Positions 1 to 10,817 of a DNA stretch of 64,000 bases are shown in pieces. The first letter of the stretch is position 1. Each line of letters begins with the position of its first letter. A program made the position numbers and the translations under genes. Origin of the DNA: a virus (lineage: Duplodnaviria; Caudoviricetes). The DNA lies in IMG/VR virus record IMGVR_UViG_3300038321_000292, positions 7,506 through 71,505 of that record; one strand, written 5' to 3'. The notes beneath the pieces are model-generated. The model saw nothing but the letters and a program-made list of their open reading frames with translations, made no database searches and was not told the origin of the DNA.

Positions 1-148
1 TTTTATATTCTTCGTCTTGTTGTTTTTCTTGAAATTCTCGTTGTTGTTCTGCTACAAGTTTTAATCCTTGTTTAACAACTGGCATTTCTTCTTCGCTGAA
101 TATTGTTCCCGCGTAAGGAGCTTCTTGTTTTATTTTTAGATTAAGCAT
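1..148 (-). CDS. Hypothetical protein, runs off the left edge
   Basis: ATG at 148 after GTGAT-type RBS; MLNLKIKQEAPYAGTIFSEEEMPVVKQG... open to the window edge. Confidence 0.5.
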   Translation of the reverse strand, partial: MLNLKIKQEAPYAGTIFSEEEMPVVKQGLKLVAEQQREFQEKQQDEEYK

Positions 149-344
149 TTTTCATCACGTCTTAATGTTTTTTTTTAGAAGTGGATACCAAATTTTGCGG
201 ATTTGATTTCTGCTTCTTGTATTCTTGTATGTATTTTCTAGTATATAAAGTTAGTCTATTTTTAATCTATTAATAGGTAAATATATAAACAAGTGTAGAC
301 TAATATTAGTATATATAAATATTAAAAAAAATAGAAAGGGGACT

Positions 345-524
345 ATGAAGATTATGGAATTAAATAGTAATGTTATTAAACCAAATCCTAAAAGTAAATC
401 ATTAAGAACAACAATTCCTAAAGAGATCATTAACATTTTAAAATTAAATTGTAATGATAAATTACAATGGGATGTTGAAGCTTGTGATAATGAGCTTAAA
501 GTTTCGGTTTCAAAATCAGAATGA
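345..524 (+). CDS. AbrB/SpoVT/MazE-family DNA-binding protein (59 aa, not in ORF track)
   Basis: Hand translation MKIMELNSNVIKPNPKSKSLRTTIPKEIINILKLNCNDKLQWDVE...; SLRTTIP-x9-DKLQW is the AbrB swapped-hairpin pattern; RBS AAGGGGAC upstream. Confidence 0.8.
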   Translation: MKIMELNSNVIKPNPKSKSLRTTIPKEIINILKLNCNDKLQWDVEACDNELKVSVSKSE

Positions 525-1459
525 TTATTATGTTTTAAAAATTTAAGAATACTATTCTTGTAATAGTTTCTGTGAGTGCCTAAATTATTTAAACAATTCT
601 TAACAACCTCATACATTTGAGGACTATATACTTTACCAATGTTTATTTTCGGTAAATATAAATAGCATTTATTATCATAAATATGATTGGTTACTAAAAT
701 ATTAATCATCACGTCTTGATGTTATTTCTATTTTTTTAATGTAGCCTCTTGAGAATTGTGAAAGGATTAGGTATTTGCGGTACTGTTTGATTCCTTTCTA
801 TTTCTCTTGAAATTACAACTATTTTTTATATACTATTTTTTTTTAGTTTCAGTTGGGTGATTATTATTTACAATTTTTTACTATATAAAACTATTGATTT
901 ATTCAATAAGATTATGTTATTTTGTATACTTGTTCAGTTATATGTTTGTAAGTTTGTAAGTTTGTGTACTATTGAAAATTAAAACACATATGTTTTTGAA
1001 ATAACTGTTTAACAAAAAATCTATAAAATACTAAACTGTTTTATTTAATACCATCAATTAAAAATAATATAATAAAACAATCTATATATTAAACAGTGCA
1101 TCAATCATTAAAAAACATTCCATATATCCAGTTCAGCTCCTACAATTATATATTGTTATAATGTTTAAAAAAATAATAATAAAAGATTCTTAAAGATAAA
1201 AGTTTCTTTTTAATGCTGCAGGAAGTAAAATAAAATAATTAGAGTGAAAAAAAACCTCACACATAACATTAAAAAAATTTTGGATAAGTGAAGAGAGTAT
1301 CCTTTATTTTATCTTCTAAAATCTTTTACAATACTTAATCTATAAAAAGAGTACAAGAAAAAATAATCTTTCATGAATATTTAAGGATTAATTTTTAAAT
1401 AATATGAATACTATAATATATAATTAATTATACAAAATTTTTAAAGGGGAAGATATTTT

Positions 1460-1840
1460 ATGAGTAAAGGTCAATTTGTATGTCCATACTGTGGAGAAAA
1501 ATTTACAATGTTTGAAGAACAAGCATACTGTCCAAAATGTGGACAACCATTTGATGCACAACACAGACCAATATATGATCAAGTAAGTACAAGTTGGGGT
1601 AATGCAGGAATAACCTTATTTAAAATATTTGGATACTTATTTTTATTTGTTTTTCTTGCAGTGTTCCTGAATGTGTTTGGAGTTATAATATTCTTTATAT
1701 TAGTTATAATATTCCATTATGCCGGTAAGAAATTAAGTGAACCTAATACTTATACTTGTCCTTATTGTGGTAAGCAGTTTAAAGGTCAAAAACTTAATTG
1801 TCCTTATTGTGGAGGATTAATAAGATATAATAAGAAATAG
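1460..1840 (+). CDS. Zinc-ribbon membrane protein
   Basis: Four CPxC motifs flanking a hydrophobic transmembrane stretch; RBS AAGGGGAAG. Confidence 0.8.
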   Translation: MSKGQFVCPYCGEKFTMFEEQAYCPKCGQPFDAQHRPIYDQVSTSWGNAGITLFKIFGYLFLFVFLAVFLNVFGVIIFFILVIIFHYAGKKLSEPNTYTCPYCGKQFKGQKLNCPYCGGLIRYNKK

Positions 1841-1924
1841 ATTATTTTTTTTACCATTAATCAAAAAGTATATATACTACTATAACACAACTATAATATG
1901 TAACATATATAGGGGATAAAAAAA

Positions 1925-2686
1925 ATGAAAATAGAAAAAATAATAGAAAAAGCAGGATTAGAAAAATTTGACTGGACAAAATTAGTTATCGGATTAGATA
2001 AAAGTAAACAAGGTGGATACTCAATTTTAGGAAACTTCACAAAAGACACAGACCTACAAGATGGATTATACTTATCTGTCGACAAAGGAAGCTATGATTA
2101 CTACTGTTTATACAAAGTTACAGATGATGATTTAAACATTATTAAAATTTTTGAGAATGATAAAAAAAGTTGGGCTAGACAATTTTGGTCTGACATAGAA
2201 GAAAATTTAGATTTAAGCATGGGTGAAACATTATTTAATGAGGTTGTAGAAAAAATAAGTGATGTTGAAGATTTAAAAGAATTAGTTAAAAGATTAAATT
2301 ATAAAATTGAAGAAAAAGAAAATAAGTTTAATGAAAAATTTGATTTAAATTATTATTTTAATGTAAAAGATTTAAATTCTAGTGATCTTGAAGGGATTGA
2401 AGAAGAACATGAAGATGAATTTAAACAAATAGAAAAATTAAATGGTGAAAGAAAAGAAATTGAAAAAAACAAAGCATTAATTGTATATGGTTATATGAAG
2501 AAATTTAGTTTCATGAAAATTCAAGAAAATTATGAAATTGATTTTCGTGAATGTGATTCTGATGACTTCAGACGATCACTAGGAAATCCTAGTGAATGGG
2601 AATATTATCGAATTGGGGGGTATGGGGCAGCTTTTCAACAAGATGATGAAAATAAAAAACTTAAAATTATATATCCATTTATTTAA
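1925..2686 (+). CDS. Hypothetical protein
   Basis: 253 aa ORF co-oriented with neighbours; acidic; no recognised motif. Confidence 0.7.
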   Translation: MKIEKIIEKAGLEKFDWTKLVIGLDKSKQGGYSILGNFTKDTDLQDGLYLSVDKGSYDYYCLYKVTDDDLNIIKIFENDKKSWARQFWSDIEENLDLSMGETLFNEVVEKISDVEDLKELVKRLNYKIEEKENKFNEKFDLNYYFNVKDLNSSDLEGIEEEHEDEFKQIEKLNGERKEIEKNKALIVYGYMKKFSFMKIQENYEIDFRECDSDDFRRSLGNPSEWEYYRIGGYGAAFQQDDENKKLKIIYPFI

Positions 2687-2719
2687 TTTAAATTTTTTTT
2701 TTAAGAGGAATGATGAAAA

Positions 2720-3187
2720 ATGTATGATAAAGTAACAGATTTAAAAAAATTGGATGAAAATACTTACAGTTCTGTAATATTAAATTTAGCATTACGCGAA
2801 TATGGAGAATTTGCAAGTGAAAAAGTAGCAGATTTAGAAAATCATGATATTAAAATTATTCAAGAAGGAGAAGGATTAAATTCATCTTTTAAAATAATTG
2901 GAGATAAAAAAGAGATACAAGCTGCATTAAATTATGAATTATTAAAAGATGCAATTTTATTAACTTTTTGTCCTAAAGATCCTGAAGAATTATTATATAC
3001 TGATAAATCTTTATATGGGGATTATGTTGTTAATTTTGATGAACCTACAAGTATAACTTTAAATAAGAAATTACACTTTAAAGAAATAACTTGCTTATCA
3101 TTCGATTTACATGCTTTATATTTAAGTGTAGATAACAAACTCATTTTTGAAATGAGTTTAAAATGGTTAAATGATGTTGAAAACTAA
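2720..3187 (+). CDS. Hypothetical protein
   Basis: 155 aa ORF with RBS; operonic. Confidence 0.7.
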   Translation: MYDKVTDLKKLDENTYSSVILNLALREYGEFASEKVADLENHDIKIIQEGEGLNSSFKIIGDKKEIQAALNYELLKDAILLTFCPKDPEELLYTDKSLYGDYVVNFDEPTSITLNKKLHFKEITCLSFDLHALYLSVDNKLIFEMSLKWLNDVEN

Positions 3188-4000
3188 ATGAGGGGAATAA
3201 TAATGATACAATATTTTATAGCAGTATTTAAAGATGAACATATAATGTTCAAAATTAACAGAGAAGAAGAGGACTCACAATTCTTCTTCTTAAACGATAA
3301 AGTTTTAAATTTAAATGAATTAGATATTAGTGAAGAATTTAAACAAAATTTTCCTACTGAAAATGAATTAAGATTTGAATTACTATTCAGAAATAAACTG
3401 AATGATTCATATAAAAAAAATGGGATTAAATTTATTAATATAGGAGAAAATAATATGGTAAGTTATGATTTAATTAAAGAAGAAATTTTAAATAAAGTAA
3501 CTCATGGGATACCTTTTAATCCTAATGAGAAAATTAAATTGTTTGAAAATAAAATAATAAGAATAAATGGGATAAGATTGATGAATGTAAAAATGTTAGT
3601 ATTGAATAGTACTGGATTACAATTATATTCAGATCCTAACTCATTAATAAGTGATTTCGTTAGTATTAAAAAAATATCTTCATTTAGAATAGATGATGAA
3701 GATATTGAAGTACGATATATGGGGAATAATGATGAATATCATTATGATTTAGTTATTAGTCGGAGTATTAATGAATTACTTAATACTTTTAGTTCAGAAA
3801 CAGATAAACCATTATTAAGTACAGGTAAAGCTGTTCAATGGTTTAAAGATGTAGGATACAATTTATCAATCGATAATGAAAATGATGACTATGAGGGAAT
3901 ATTTGAAGTGCCTTGTTATTCAGATGATACTTGCAATGATAAATTGAAAAGATTATATGATCTTAATAATGAAGTGTTAAATTTATTAAAACACTTCTAA
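3188..4000 (+). CDS. Hypothetical protein
   Basis: 270 aa ORF abutting the previous stop. Confidence 0.7.
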   Translation: MRGIIMIQYFIAVFKDEHIMFKINREEEDSQFFFLNDKVLNLNELDISEEFKQNFPTENELRFELLFRNKLNDSYKKNGIKFINIGENNMVSYDLIKEEILNKVTHGIPFNPNEKIKLFENKIIRINGIRLMNVKMLVLNSTGLQLYSDPNSLISDFVSIKKISSFRIDDEDIEVRYMGNNDEYHYDLVISRSINELLNTFSSETDKPLLSTGKAVQWFKDVGYNLSIDNENDDYEGIFEVPCYSDDTCNDKLKRLYDLNNEVLNLLKHF

Positions 4001-4008
4001 AAAGAGGA

Positions 4009-4467
4009 TTGAAAATTATGATTAATAAAAAGAGTACTATTCAATTAACAGATAGAACTAAAAAAAAATTAAATAGTAGAAAATTAACAGATGGAGAATC
4101 ATATGAAAACATAATATTAAGATTATTAGAAAAAACTGGAGAAGATAAAATGTTAGCGAATAATGGATTTAATGAATATAGTATAAATACTGATGAAATA
4201 ATAAGTGATATAAGAAAAGCTGCAAAAGATTTAAAAGAAAATGAGTTTTTACGATTAAACTTTTCAGCTTATGATTATACTGGAACACTTAACAAGTATA
4301 CTGATTGGGATGTTGATGTTGATGGTTTCCATACTGGAGAAGTTGAAACATTATATCATTATACTTCCTTAAAACCGGCAGATGAGGAGATATTAGAAGT
4401 AGAAATAGAAAATATTGATGGAGTAGATTGGACTAATAATACTGATGCTTCACCTGTCTGGTTATAA
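4009..4467 (+). CDS. Protein with N-terminal ribbon-helix-helix-like DNA-binding domain
   Basis: STIQLTDRTKKKLNSRK...ESYENIILRLLE matches the archaeal CopG/RHH-like pattern; acidic C-terminus. Confidence 0.6.
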   Translation: MKIMINKKSTIQLTDRTKKKLNSRKLTDGESYENIILRLLEKTGEDKMLANNGFNEYSINTDEIISDIRKAAKDLKENEFLRLNFSAYDYTGTLNKYTDWDVDVDGFHTGEVETLYHYTSLKPADEEILEVEIENIDGVDWTNNTDASPVWL

Positions 4468-4473
4468 AATTTT

Positions 4474-5844
4474 TTACTTTTTTTCATTTTTTTCTAATAA
4501 ATTCTTTAAAACTTTTGGATCAACATTACGTAAAATATCCATAGTTTCCTTTAAACTATTATCATGCTCTTTATCACGAGCCTCTAATTTCTTATTAACC
4601 TCATCTAAACGTTCTTCCATTTCACGATAATCCTTACTTTTAATATGATGAACCTCTGTATCTTGGAATGTTAATTCACTTAAAACAGTTAAATAAGCAT
4701 CCATTATAGTTTCTTTACTTAATTTAATATAATTCTTATCCGTACTCTTCTCATCAGCGTGCCCTTCCATACGATAAGCTAACCGTGTATTAACCCCATT
4801 ATTAGCAAGTACACTACTAAAATATCTACGCATGGAATGAGGATTTAATCTAGGAATATTCTGTAATTTTTCATCTAATGTTTCATGACTAATCTTTTTA
4901 TTCTCATAATCCTCATATAATTGTATTTGTATAATATCCTTTAATTTTGTATTCATATACCCGAATAAAGTATATAATCCTCGATAAGTATATTTAGCAT
5001 TAGTATTTTTAGTTGGGGAGAATAGTTTAGTTTTCTTATGTAAGTATCGGTCAGTACCATGTTTCTTATTATATTTTTCAAGTAACCTTTTTTTCCATTG
5101 AAGATATTCTAATAAATAATTTGATGATTCTGGACTGTTACAGGTTTGACATTTAATATTATAATTTTCAGTTTTAATTGGATAAAATTCCCAGTACCCT
5201 ATCATATCTTTTTGGGCTTTATTTAGGAAATCATCAACTTCTGTACAGTGATGAGAATCATAGGTTGCAATCATAAAGTCTTCAATTGTAAAATCCATTA
5301 TATCCCCAACACGTGCGCCTATAGAAGCCATGAAACTAAATAATGCTCTTGTTGTGAAGTTCCCTAATTCAATTGCTTTTGCTATCATGCTTTTAGGAAG
5401 TATTTCTAATTCTTTACTATCATCTTTGAAATCAGTTTTATCAGGTAATTCAAGATCATAGAATTTAAAGAATGAACGCATATATGTTACATATGTTTTT
5501 ACTGTGTTTTGTTTTATATTGCCTTTCCTCATGTAATCTATTTTATTTCTTTCAAAAATAATAAAATCATCGAACATATCATTTATTAAACTATCGTTAG
5601 GGTTGAATCTATCAATGTATAATTCTTCTTCTCCATTAATTATTTGTTTTATTATTCTGTCTTTTTGTAAATTTTTTAATATTGTTATTAATTCTGTGGG
5701 AGATTTTTCTATATAATTACAGAATTGATGTAAACTTATAGTGTATAATCTTTGGGTGGCAGGTTTTATTTGTTTTTTATTTACTAATTTTAAATATTTT
5801 TTATCTTTTTCTATGTCTTGTTTAGTAAATTTTTCTGGGGTCAT
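4474..5844 (-). CDS. int: Tyrosine integrase
   Basis: Catalytic motifs GARVGD (R), PIKT (K), HSMRR (HxxR), GH...KNY (H, Y); N-terminal SAM-like region and C-terminal coiled coil. Confidence 0.92.
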   Translation of the reverse strand: MTPEKFTKQDIEKDKKYLKLVNKKQIKPATQRLYTISLHQFCNYIEKSPTELITILKNLQKDRIIKQIINGEEELYIDRFNPNDSLINDMFDDFIIFERNKIDYMRKGNIKQNTVKTYVTYMRSFFKFYDLELPDKTDFKDDSKELEILPKSMIAKAIELGNFTTRALFSFMASIGARVGDIMDFTIEDFMIATYDSHHCTEVDDFLNKAQKDMIGYWEFYPIKTENYNIKCQTCNSPESSNYLLEYLQWKKRLLEKYNKKHGTDRYLHKKTKLFSPTKNTNAKYTYRGLYTLFGYMNTKLKDIIQIQLYEDYENKKISHETLDEKLQNIPRLNPHSMRRYFSSVLANNGVNTRLAYRMEGHADEKSTDKNYIKLSKETIMDAYLTVLSELTFQDTEVHHIKSKDYREMEERLDEVNKKLEARDKEHDNSLKETMDILRNVDPKVLKNLLEKNEKK

Positions 5845-6175
5845 GATGATAGTTTATGATTTTGTTTATATATAATTTTGCAAAACGATGTAATTTTATG
5901 TTTTTTACAGGGAATAATCATATTAAAATTACGATGTTTACTAATTATTTTTGGTACTTATTTTTAGATAATTAAAGTTAAATATAAAATTGTTTTAAAT
6001 GGTTTAATGATTAAGTATAATAATACTTACTAAAAGAAGTATATTTTTAATTGAGTAAGTATTTAATATAAAACAAGTATAATTGTTTTATACAAAAAGT
6101 GTATAGTTTCATGTAGATTAACTATACTAAAAAAAGAATTCTTTAAAAAAAAGTAGAAAAGAAAAAAAATGATTA

Positions 6176-7996
6176 TTAATTTAACTTAGCAGTACAAATA
6201 CTTTTACCACTCATAGCATTCAACCAAGAAGTATTAGTACTTAAACTACGATACTCCAACCAACCACCACTAAGACTATTAGCTACAAGAATCTTCTTAG
6301 TCGTATGATTAATACCAATCGGATACTCATAATGCCCCCATTTATATTTATAATTTAAATGTTGTAATGCCCCAGTTTTAATATCCTTAATAAGTTTACC
6401 AAGACCATCACTACCAAGATCACTATAATACTGCCAAACAACACTAACATCCAAACCTTCATTTTTACATAATTTAATTATAGTACTAGTAATTTCATTT
6501 GGACCAGTACCACTTGTTGTAGTGCCTGCAACTTTCGCAATATAAGATTCCTTAAACCATTTACCAGTAAGTTCATATAATAATTGTTGTATACTATTAG
6601 GTCCACACCAGTATAATGTTTCCTGTTTGATAGCAGATGAAGATTCTTTATACCTTTGTGAAAGATACCAACCATCACCATTAGGAGTTAAATCATCACC
6701 AACAGCTTCAGGACGAGTAGTAGAATTACTATTACTTTGAGTGATAATATATACATAATTAGGGTTTCTATTCTTTGCTTTACGGAAACTAATAACTCTT
6801 GCAATCATATCCTTATATTTTGTATAAGTAACATACTCCATACGAGTACTGTAATCTAAATAGATTCTACGAGTATCTGCAGGTTTATTACCTTTACTGA
6901 GGAATGCTATAACTCTTTTCTCCATATCCAAAACAGTGGCAATAGGTAAAATCTTATCATCCCCACTAACATCTACTGCTACAGGTTTAATATAAATATA
7001 GTTAGGTTCACGACCATTTTTAGCTATGTAATTATTCCATCTATTTAACATTTCTTTATAACGCCAATATTGGAAAGCTATAATTGGACTTGGGTGAAGG
7101 GGAGTTACCATTGTTTCATCAACTGGTTTACCTCCATCTTTAATGAATTTATTAACTACTTTTATTGCAAGTTTAAAAATATCTTTACCGAGTTTTGTTT
7201 CATCCCATGTCATATCAGTCATTTTATTATTTACCTCTCCTTCTAATTCTAATTGTATATTATTCATTAAACCATATCGGAATAAAGCTACACCATCAGC
7301 CCCATAAGTTAATGCAGTATTCGCATCTACAAGTAATTCTGTACTGGATAATTTAGTAGTATCATTATCTGATTTATATGTTTGTAATCCCGGCATGATG
7401 TAAGCTTTTGGACAATTATCTTTATACCATTTACTTACTTTACCAATCCATGATGCTCCAGCTTTATAGTTTCCTTTGTAAACCATTGGTGTAAGTATAT
7501 CTAAATATTCACTTAATGCTATTGCGTTTTGCCCATAAGCTGTGCTTTTTGGTTCTGGCATAATTGAACCAGACACAAGACAATCTGATTTAACACTTTT
7601 AACTGCTTCAACTAATTGTTTAACACTATCTGTAATAATGGATTCTGCATTAGGATACTTCTTTGCAGTTCCTGGAAATCGGATATAATCAAGATTTATA
7701 CCGGTAACCCCATTAAAAGAAGCGTACTGTTTCACTTCTTTTAACTTTTCATTTAGAATACTATTATCTATTGTAGGGTTAATCCAACCATTTTTATAAA
7801 AGATTTGAACCCATATATGAATATTAATATTATAAGTATTTGCTTTCTTGATCCATCCCTCAACTCGTAATGTTCCATGTAGATTAAAAGCTGCTGAATT
7901 AAGGAAGATTACATTTATTCCATTACTTTTTAATTCAGATAAGTTTACTTTCTCTAAATCTTTACCTCGTAACCATATTGCATTATATTTACTCAT
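6176..7996 (-). CDS. Modular pseudomurein endolysin: glycoside-hydrolase-like TIM barrel, two pseudomurein-binding repeats, C39-like cysteine peptidase
   Basis: N-terminal LDYIRFPG / LTPMVYKGNY GH-like motifs; repeats YKEMLNRWNNYIAKNGREPNYIYI and YKDMIARVISFRKAKNRNPNYVYI; C-terminal QETLYWCGPNS...GHYE...LVANS. Confidence 0.85.
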   Translation of the reverse strand: MSKYNAIWLRGKDLEKVNLSELKSNGINVIFLNSAAFNLHGTLRVEGWIKKANTYNINIHIWVQIFYKNGWINPTIDNSILNEKLKEVKQYASFNGVTGINLDYIRFPGTAKKYPNAESIITDSVKQLVEAVKSVKSDCLVSGSIMPEPKSTAYGQNAIALSEYLDILTPMVYKGNYKAGASWIGKVSKWYKDNCPKAYIMPGLQTYKSDNDTTKLSSTELLVDANTALTYGADGVALFRYGLMNNIQLELEGEVNNKMTDMTWDETKLGKDIFKLAIKVVNKFIKDGGKPVDETMVTPLHPSPIIAFQYWRYKEMLNRWNNYIAKNGREPNYIYIKPVAVDVSGDDKILPIATVLDMEKRVIAFLSKGNKPADTRRIYLDYSTRMEYVTYTKYKDMIARVISFRKAKNRNPNYVYIITQSNSNSTTRPEAVGDDLTPNGDGWYLSQRYKESSSAIKQETLYWCGPNSIQQLLYELTGKWFKESYIAKVAGTTTSGTGPNEITSTIIKLCKNEGLDVSVVWQYYSDLGSDGLGKLIKDIKTGALQHLNYKYKWGHYEYPIGINHTTKKILVANSLSGGWLEYRSLSTNTSWLNAMSGKSICTAKLN

Positions 7997-8153
7997 TTAC
8001 TCCTCCATCTTCTTTTTCAAAATTTGCACATTTAATATCTTCATATTTATTATTTACAATGTTTAATTCACAATCTAAATCTTGATAATATTTACAATTG
8101 ACACATTGTGTTGCATAGATTAGCACATAATTATATTTCTTTTTACTTCTCAA
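7989..8153 (-). CDS. Cys4 microprotein (54 aa, not in ORF track)
   Basis: TTG start after GGTGAT RBS; MRSKKKYNYVLIYATQCVNCKYYQDLDCELNIVNNKYEDIKCANFEKEDGGVNE; overlaps the endolysin start; paralogue at 19789-19947. Confidence 0.7.
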   Translation of the reverse strand: MRSKKKYNYVLIYATQCVNCKYYQDLDCELNIVNNKYEDIKCANFEKEDGGVNE

Positions 8154-8189
8154 TTAATCACCAAAATCTTATTTTTTTTATATCATTAA

Positions 8190-10817
8190 TTATACTCTAT
8201 ATTGCCAATAGTCAGGTAAAATGTAAGCTTGATTACCAAGATTGGAACGAGTCATACGATAAGCTACACCTAATCCAGTATCAGTTAAGTTTGGTGTATA
8301 TCTAACTGTAACTATATCATCTGTAGTGAAGTCATTATAATAAAAGTTAATACGCTTATTAATATAATCCACCGTAAAGTCCAAGTCCTCATATAATTCC
8401 TGCTCCTCTTCAGTATCCTCATTCAACAACACTTTTCGGACAGCACATAAAGGTTCAACACTAAGCAAATAACTAGTATCTAAAACTTCATTAGTCCAAG
8501 TAATAGGAATAGTATCAATTAATAAATCTAAAGGAAAACCATCATAAACAATATTCCCAAGACTATTAGTTACTACATTCCCATCATCATCATGTTTAGC
8601 AAAAGTATCCATAGTTAACCCTTTAATCCATAAAGGAGTATATTCTACTTCATAATCCCCAACATCTAATTTACTAAGAGTATTTAAAGTATTTGTTTCA
8701 GATGAAGTACTGGACTGTTTAAGGAATGTTAAAACTGTTTTATCATCATTTTTTACATCATAAATATAATTATTATTACTAACAGTACATTGTAAAGTAT
8801 AATCATCATCACTGTAACTTGCAACATAATCATGATATTCACTTAAACCTTGTTCTGCTGCAGTACCATCACTACTCACTGGATGATAAGTCATATAACC
8901 AAGAGGACTTACAGCTTGACAACTTAAAGGTATTTGATATGTTCCTTTTAAATAAATATTATGCTCCTGCAATTGTGGAATAAGTGACGGATAATTAATT
9001 AAAAATTCCTCACCTTCAGCATCACTAGTTACTTTTGCTAATTCAGTATTAAATAATTCAATTATACTCTTAGATTCATCATCAGTTAATGAAAGATAAT
9101 GTTTACTTGTATATTCACTTATAACACTATCACTCGTAATTGTTTTACCAGTAGATTCAGTTAATACTGCAGCTATCTGTGTAGCCTCATAACTTGTAAT
9201 ATCCTGTGCAGTTGGAGTATCAGTTTCATTACTTGGATGAATACTATTATACCTATCCTTAAAATAATAATTTTGAATAAAACTTGCCTCAAAAGGATAA
9301 TCAACAATACTAGCAGGAGCTATAATTTTCCATCTATCCCTCATGATCATGTCACGGAAAATATCTACTTCAACATTTGTATCAGCTTCTGCAATATACG
9401 GATGATAACAATTACTCCAAATACTTGCACCTAACATTTCACTTACACGAGGTTTAAACATTTGAGATTTAAAGAAAGCATTATCTGCTTTTTCAGTATC
9501 ACAATGAATACTAATATAATTTATAGTAGGAGTATAAGTTTTATTAGTTGTTTTAAGTATTGCTTTTAAGAACATGAAATTAGTATTAGGATTATTTGTT
9601 GTACTAAATGTTGTACTATAATTTCCATTTTCTAATAATGGAGTCCATGTTTTAGCATCTTGTGAAACATACCAATCTACACTTGTACCATTTGCAGTAC
9701 TAACAGTTTGTGTTGGAGCAATTTTACAATAAGTTATAGGATTCATTCTTTGAGGTTTAAAGTATAATACATATTCAGTATTAATTGGATACTCGGAAGT
9801 TGTAGATACTATATGTGCAGCGAATGCGAAATTAACTGGAGGTTTAGCCCCATTATGATATTTAACTTTTTCAGGTTTACCATGTTTAATCCAACTATAA
9901 CCATTATCCTCACTTAACTCTGCATACCCTGATGGGTATGTATCTGTTCCACAAGGCTTACTCCACCCAGCAATTCCATAAGATTTTTTAAAACTTGTTA
10001 ATGGACTACGTAAAACAAAACAATATGCTTTATCCTTTGTAAGTGTTGGGGGAGCTTCAAAAGTAATAGCACACAATGCACTGGAAGTTGTTGTGAATCT
10101 GTATTCTGTTTTAGCTAAAGGTTTACTTGCACTAGTCTTTGGATATTCATAAATTTCAATTATAAGAGGATACTCAGCATCACTATGTCCTTTAAGATTA
10201 AGTGTTAATGTTTTTAATTGTCCAGTGATTGTTGGTATAAACTTCTGTAATCGACAAACTGATGGTATTTTAGTATTATCTAAATCATCTTTCCATTTAG
10301 TAGGATTATAAGTTTTTGTACGATTATATCCAATATACCAATATTCATTAGCTTGCATTCCACTCCAAGGACCATAATTATGTGTATCCTGATTTTCAGT
10401 AGTGGAAGTATTTACTGGTATAGTAACTGCTCCAGCATTTGTATCTATACTTGCAGTTGTTTTATTCAAGTCTATTGTGATGAAATTTTTAAATGCAGAT
10501 GAACCTGAGAAACTGGTACTATCATCAAAGCAGTAAGTTTCCTTTGTAACTTTTGTCCCATCTTCTTGTGTTACTTCATATGTACCAAGTTTTACCCCAT
10601 AACTTCCTTGATCCATAGGAATTGGGTTTTGCCAGATTCTACATTCAGGGTCTGTACTATCCCATAAATCTTTTATTTCTTGATATTCATATTCATCATT
10701 TGCAGCGTATTGACGGAGCATATCTTCGGTGATATATTTTTGGTCACCGTAAAGGTTATCGTTATCGTGCATTTTTACATATTTTGCTATTGTTTTACTC
10801 ATTAGTTCCCTCTGCAT
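8190..10817 (-). CDS. Large virion structural protein (tail/baseplate-associated, beta-rich)
   Basis: 875 aa, Thr/Ser/Tyr-rich, at the distal end of the tail operon. Confidence 0.6.
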   Translation of the reverse strand: MQRELMSKTIAKYVKMHDNDNLYGDQKYITEDMLRQYAANDEYEYQEIKDLWDSTDPECRIWQNPIPMDQGSYGVKLGTYEVTQEDGTKVTKETYCFDDSTSFSGSSAFKNFITIDLNKTTASIDTNAGAVTIPVNTSTTENQDTHNYGPWSGMQANEYWYIGYNRTKTYNPTKWKDDLDNTKIPSVCRLQKFIPTITGQLKTLTLNLKGHSDAEYPLIIEIYEYPKTSASKPLAKTEYRFTTTSSALCAITFEAPPTLTKDKAYCFVLRSPLTSFKKSYGIAGWSKPCGTDTYPSGYAELSEDNGYSWIKHGKPEKVKYHNGAKPPVNFAFAAHIVSTTSEYPINTEYVLYFKPQRMNPITYCKIAPTQTVSTANGTSVDWYVSQDAKTWTPLLENGNYSTTFSTTNNPNTNFMFLKAILKTTNKTYTPTINYISIHCDTEKADNAFFKSQMFKPRVSEMLGASIWSNCYHPYIAEADTNVEVDIFRDMIMRDRWKIIAPASIVDYPFEASFIQNYYFKDRYNSIHPSNETDTPTAQDITSYEATQIAAVLTESTGKTITSDSVISEYTSKHYLSLTDDESKSIIELFNTELAKVTSDAEGEEFLINYPSLIPQLQEHNIYLKGTYQIPLSCQAVSPLGYMTYHPVSSDGTAAEQGLSEYHDYVASYSDDDYTLQCTVSNNNYIYDVKNDDKTVLTFLKQSSTSSETNTLNTLSKLDVGDYEVEYTPLWIKGLTMDTFAKHDDDGNVVTNSLGNIVYDGFPLDLLIDTIPITWTNEVLDTSYLLSVEPLCAVRKVLLNEDTEEEQELYEDLDFTVDYINKRINFYYNDFTTDDIVTVRYTPNLTDTGLGVAYRMTRSNLGNQAYILPDYWQYRV

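Noticed and set aside
251-712. 153 aa minus-strand ORF
   Set aside because: Its 3' half is antisense to the convincing AbrB-like gene (345-524) and reads like shadow sequence; only the first ~60 codons could be real, so it was not called.
5845-6175. attP/att site next to the integrase
   Set aside because: Only AT-rich sequence with short palindromes; no tRNA fragment or second copy found, so it cannot be supported without the host genome.
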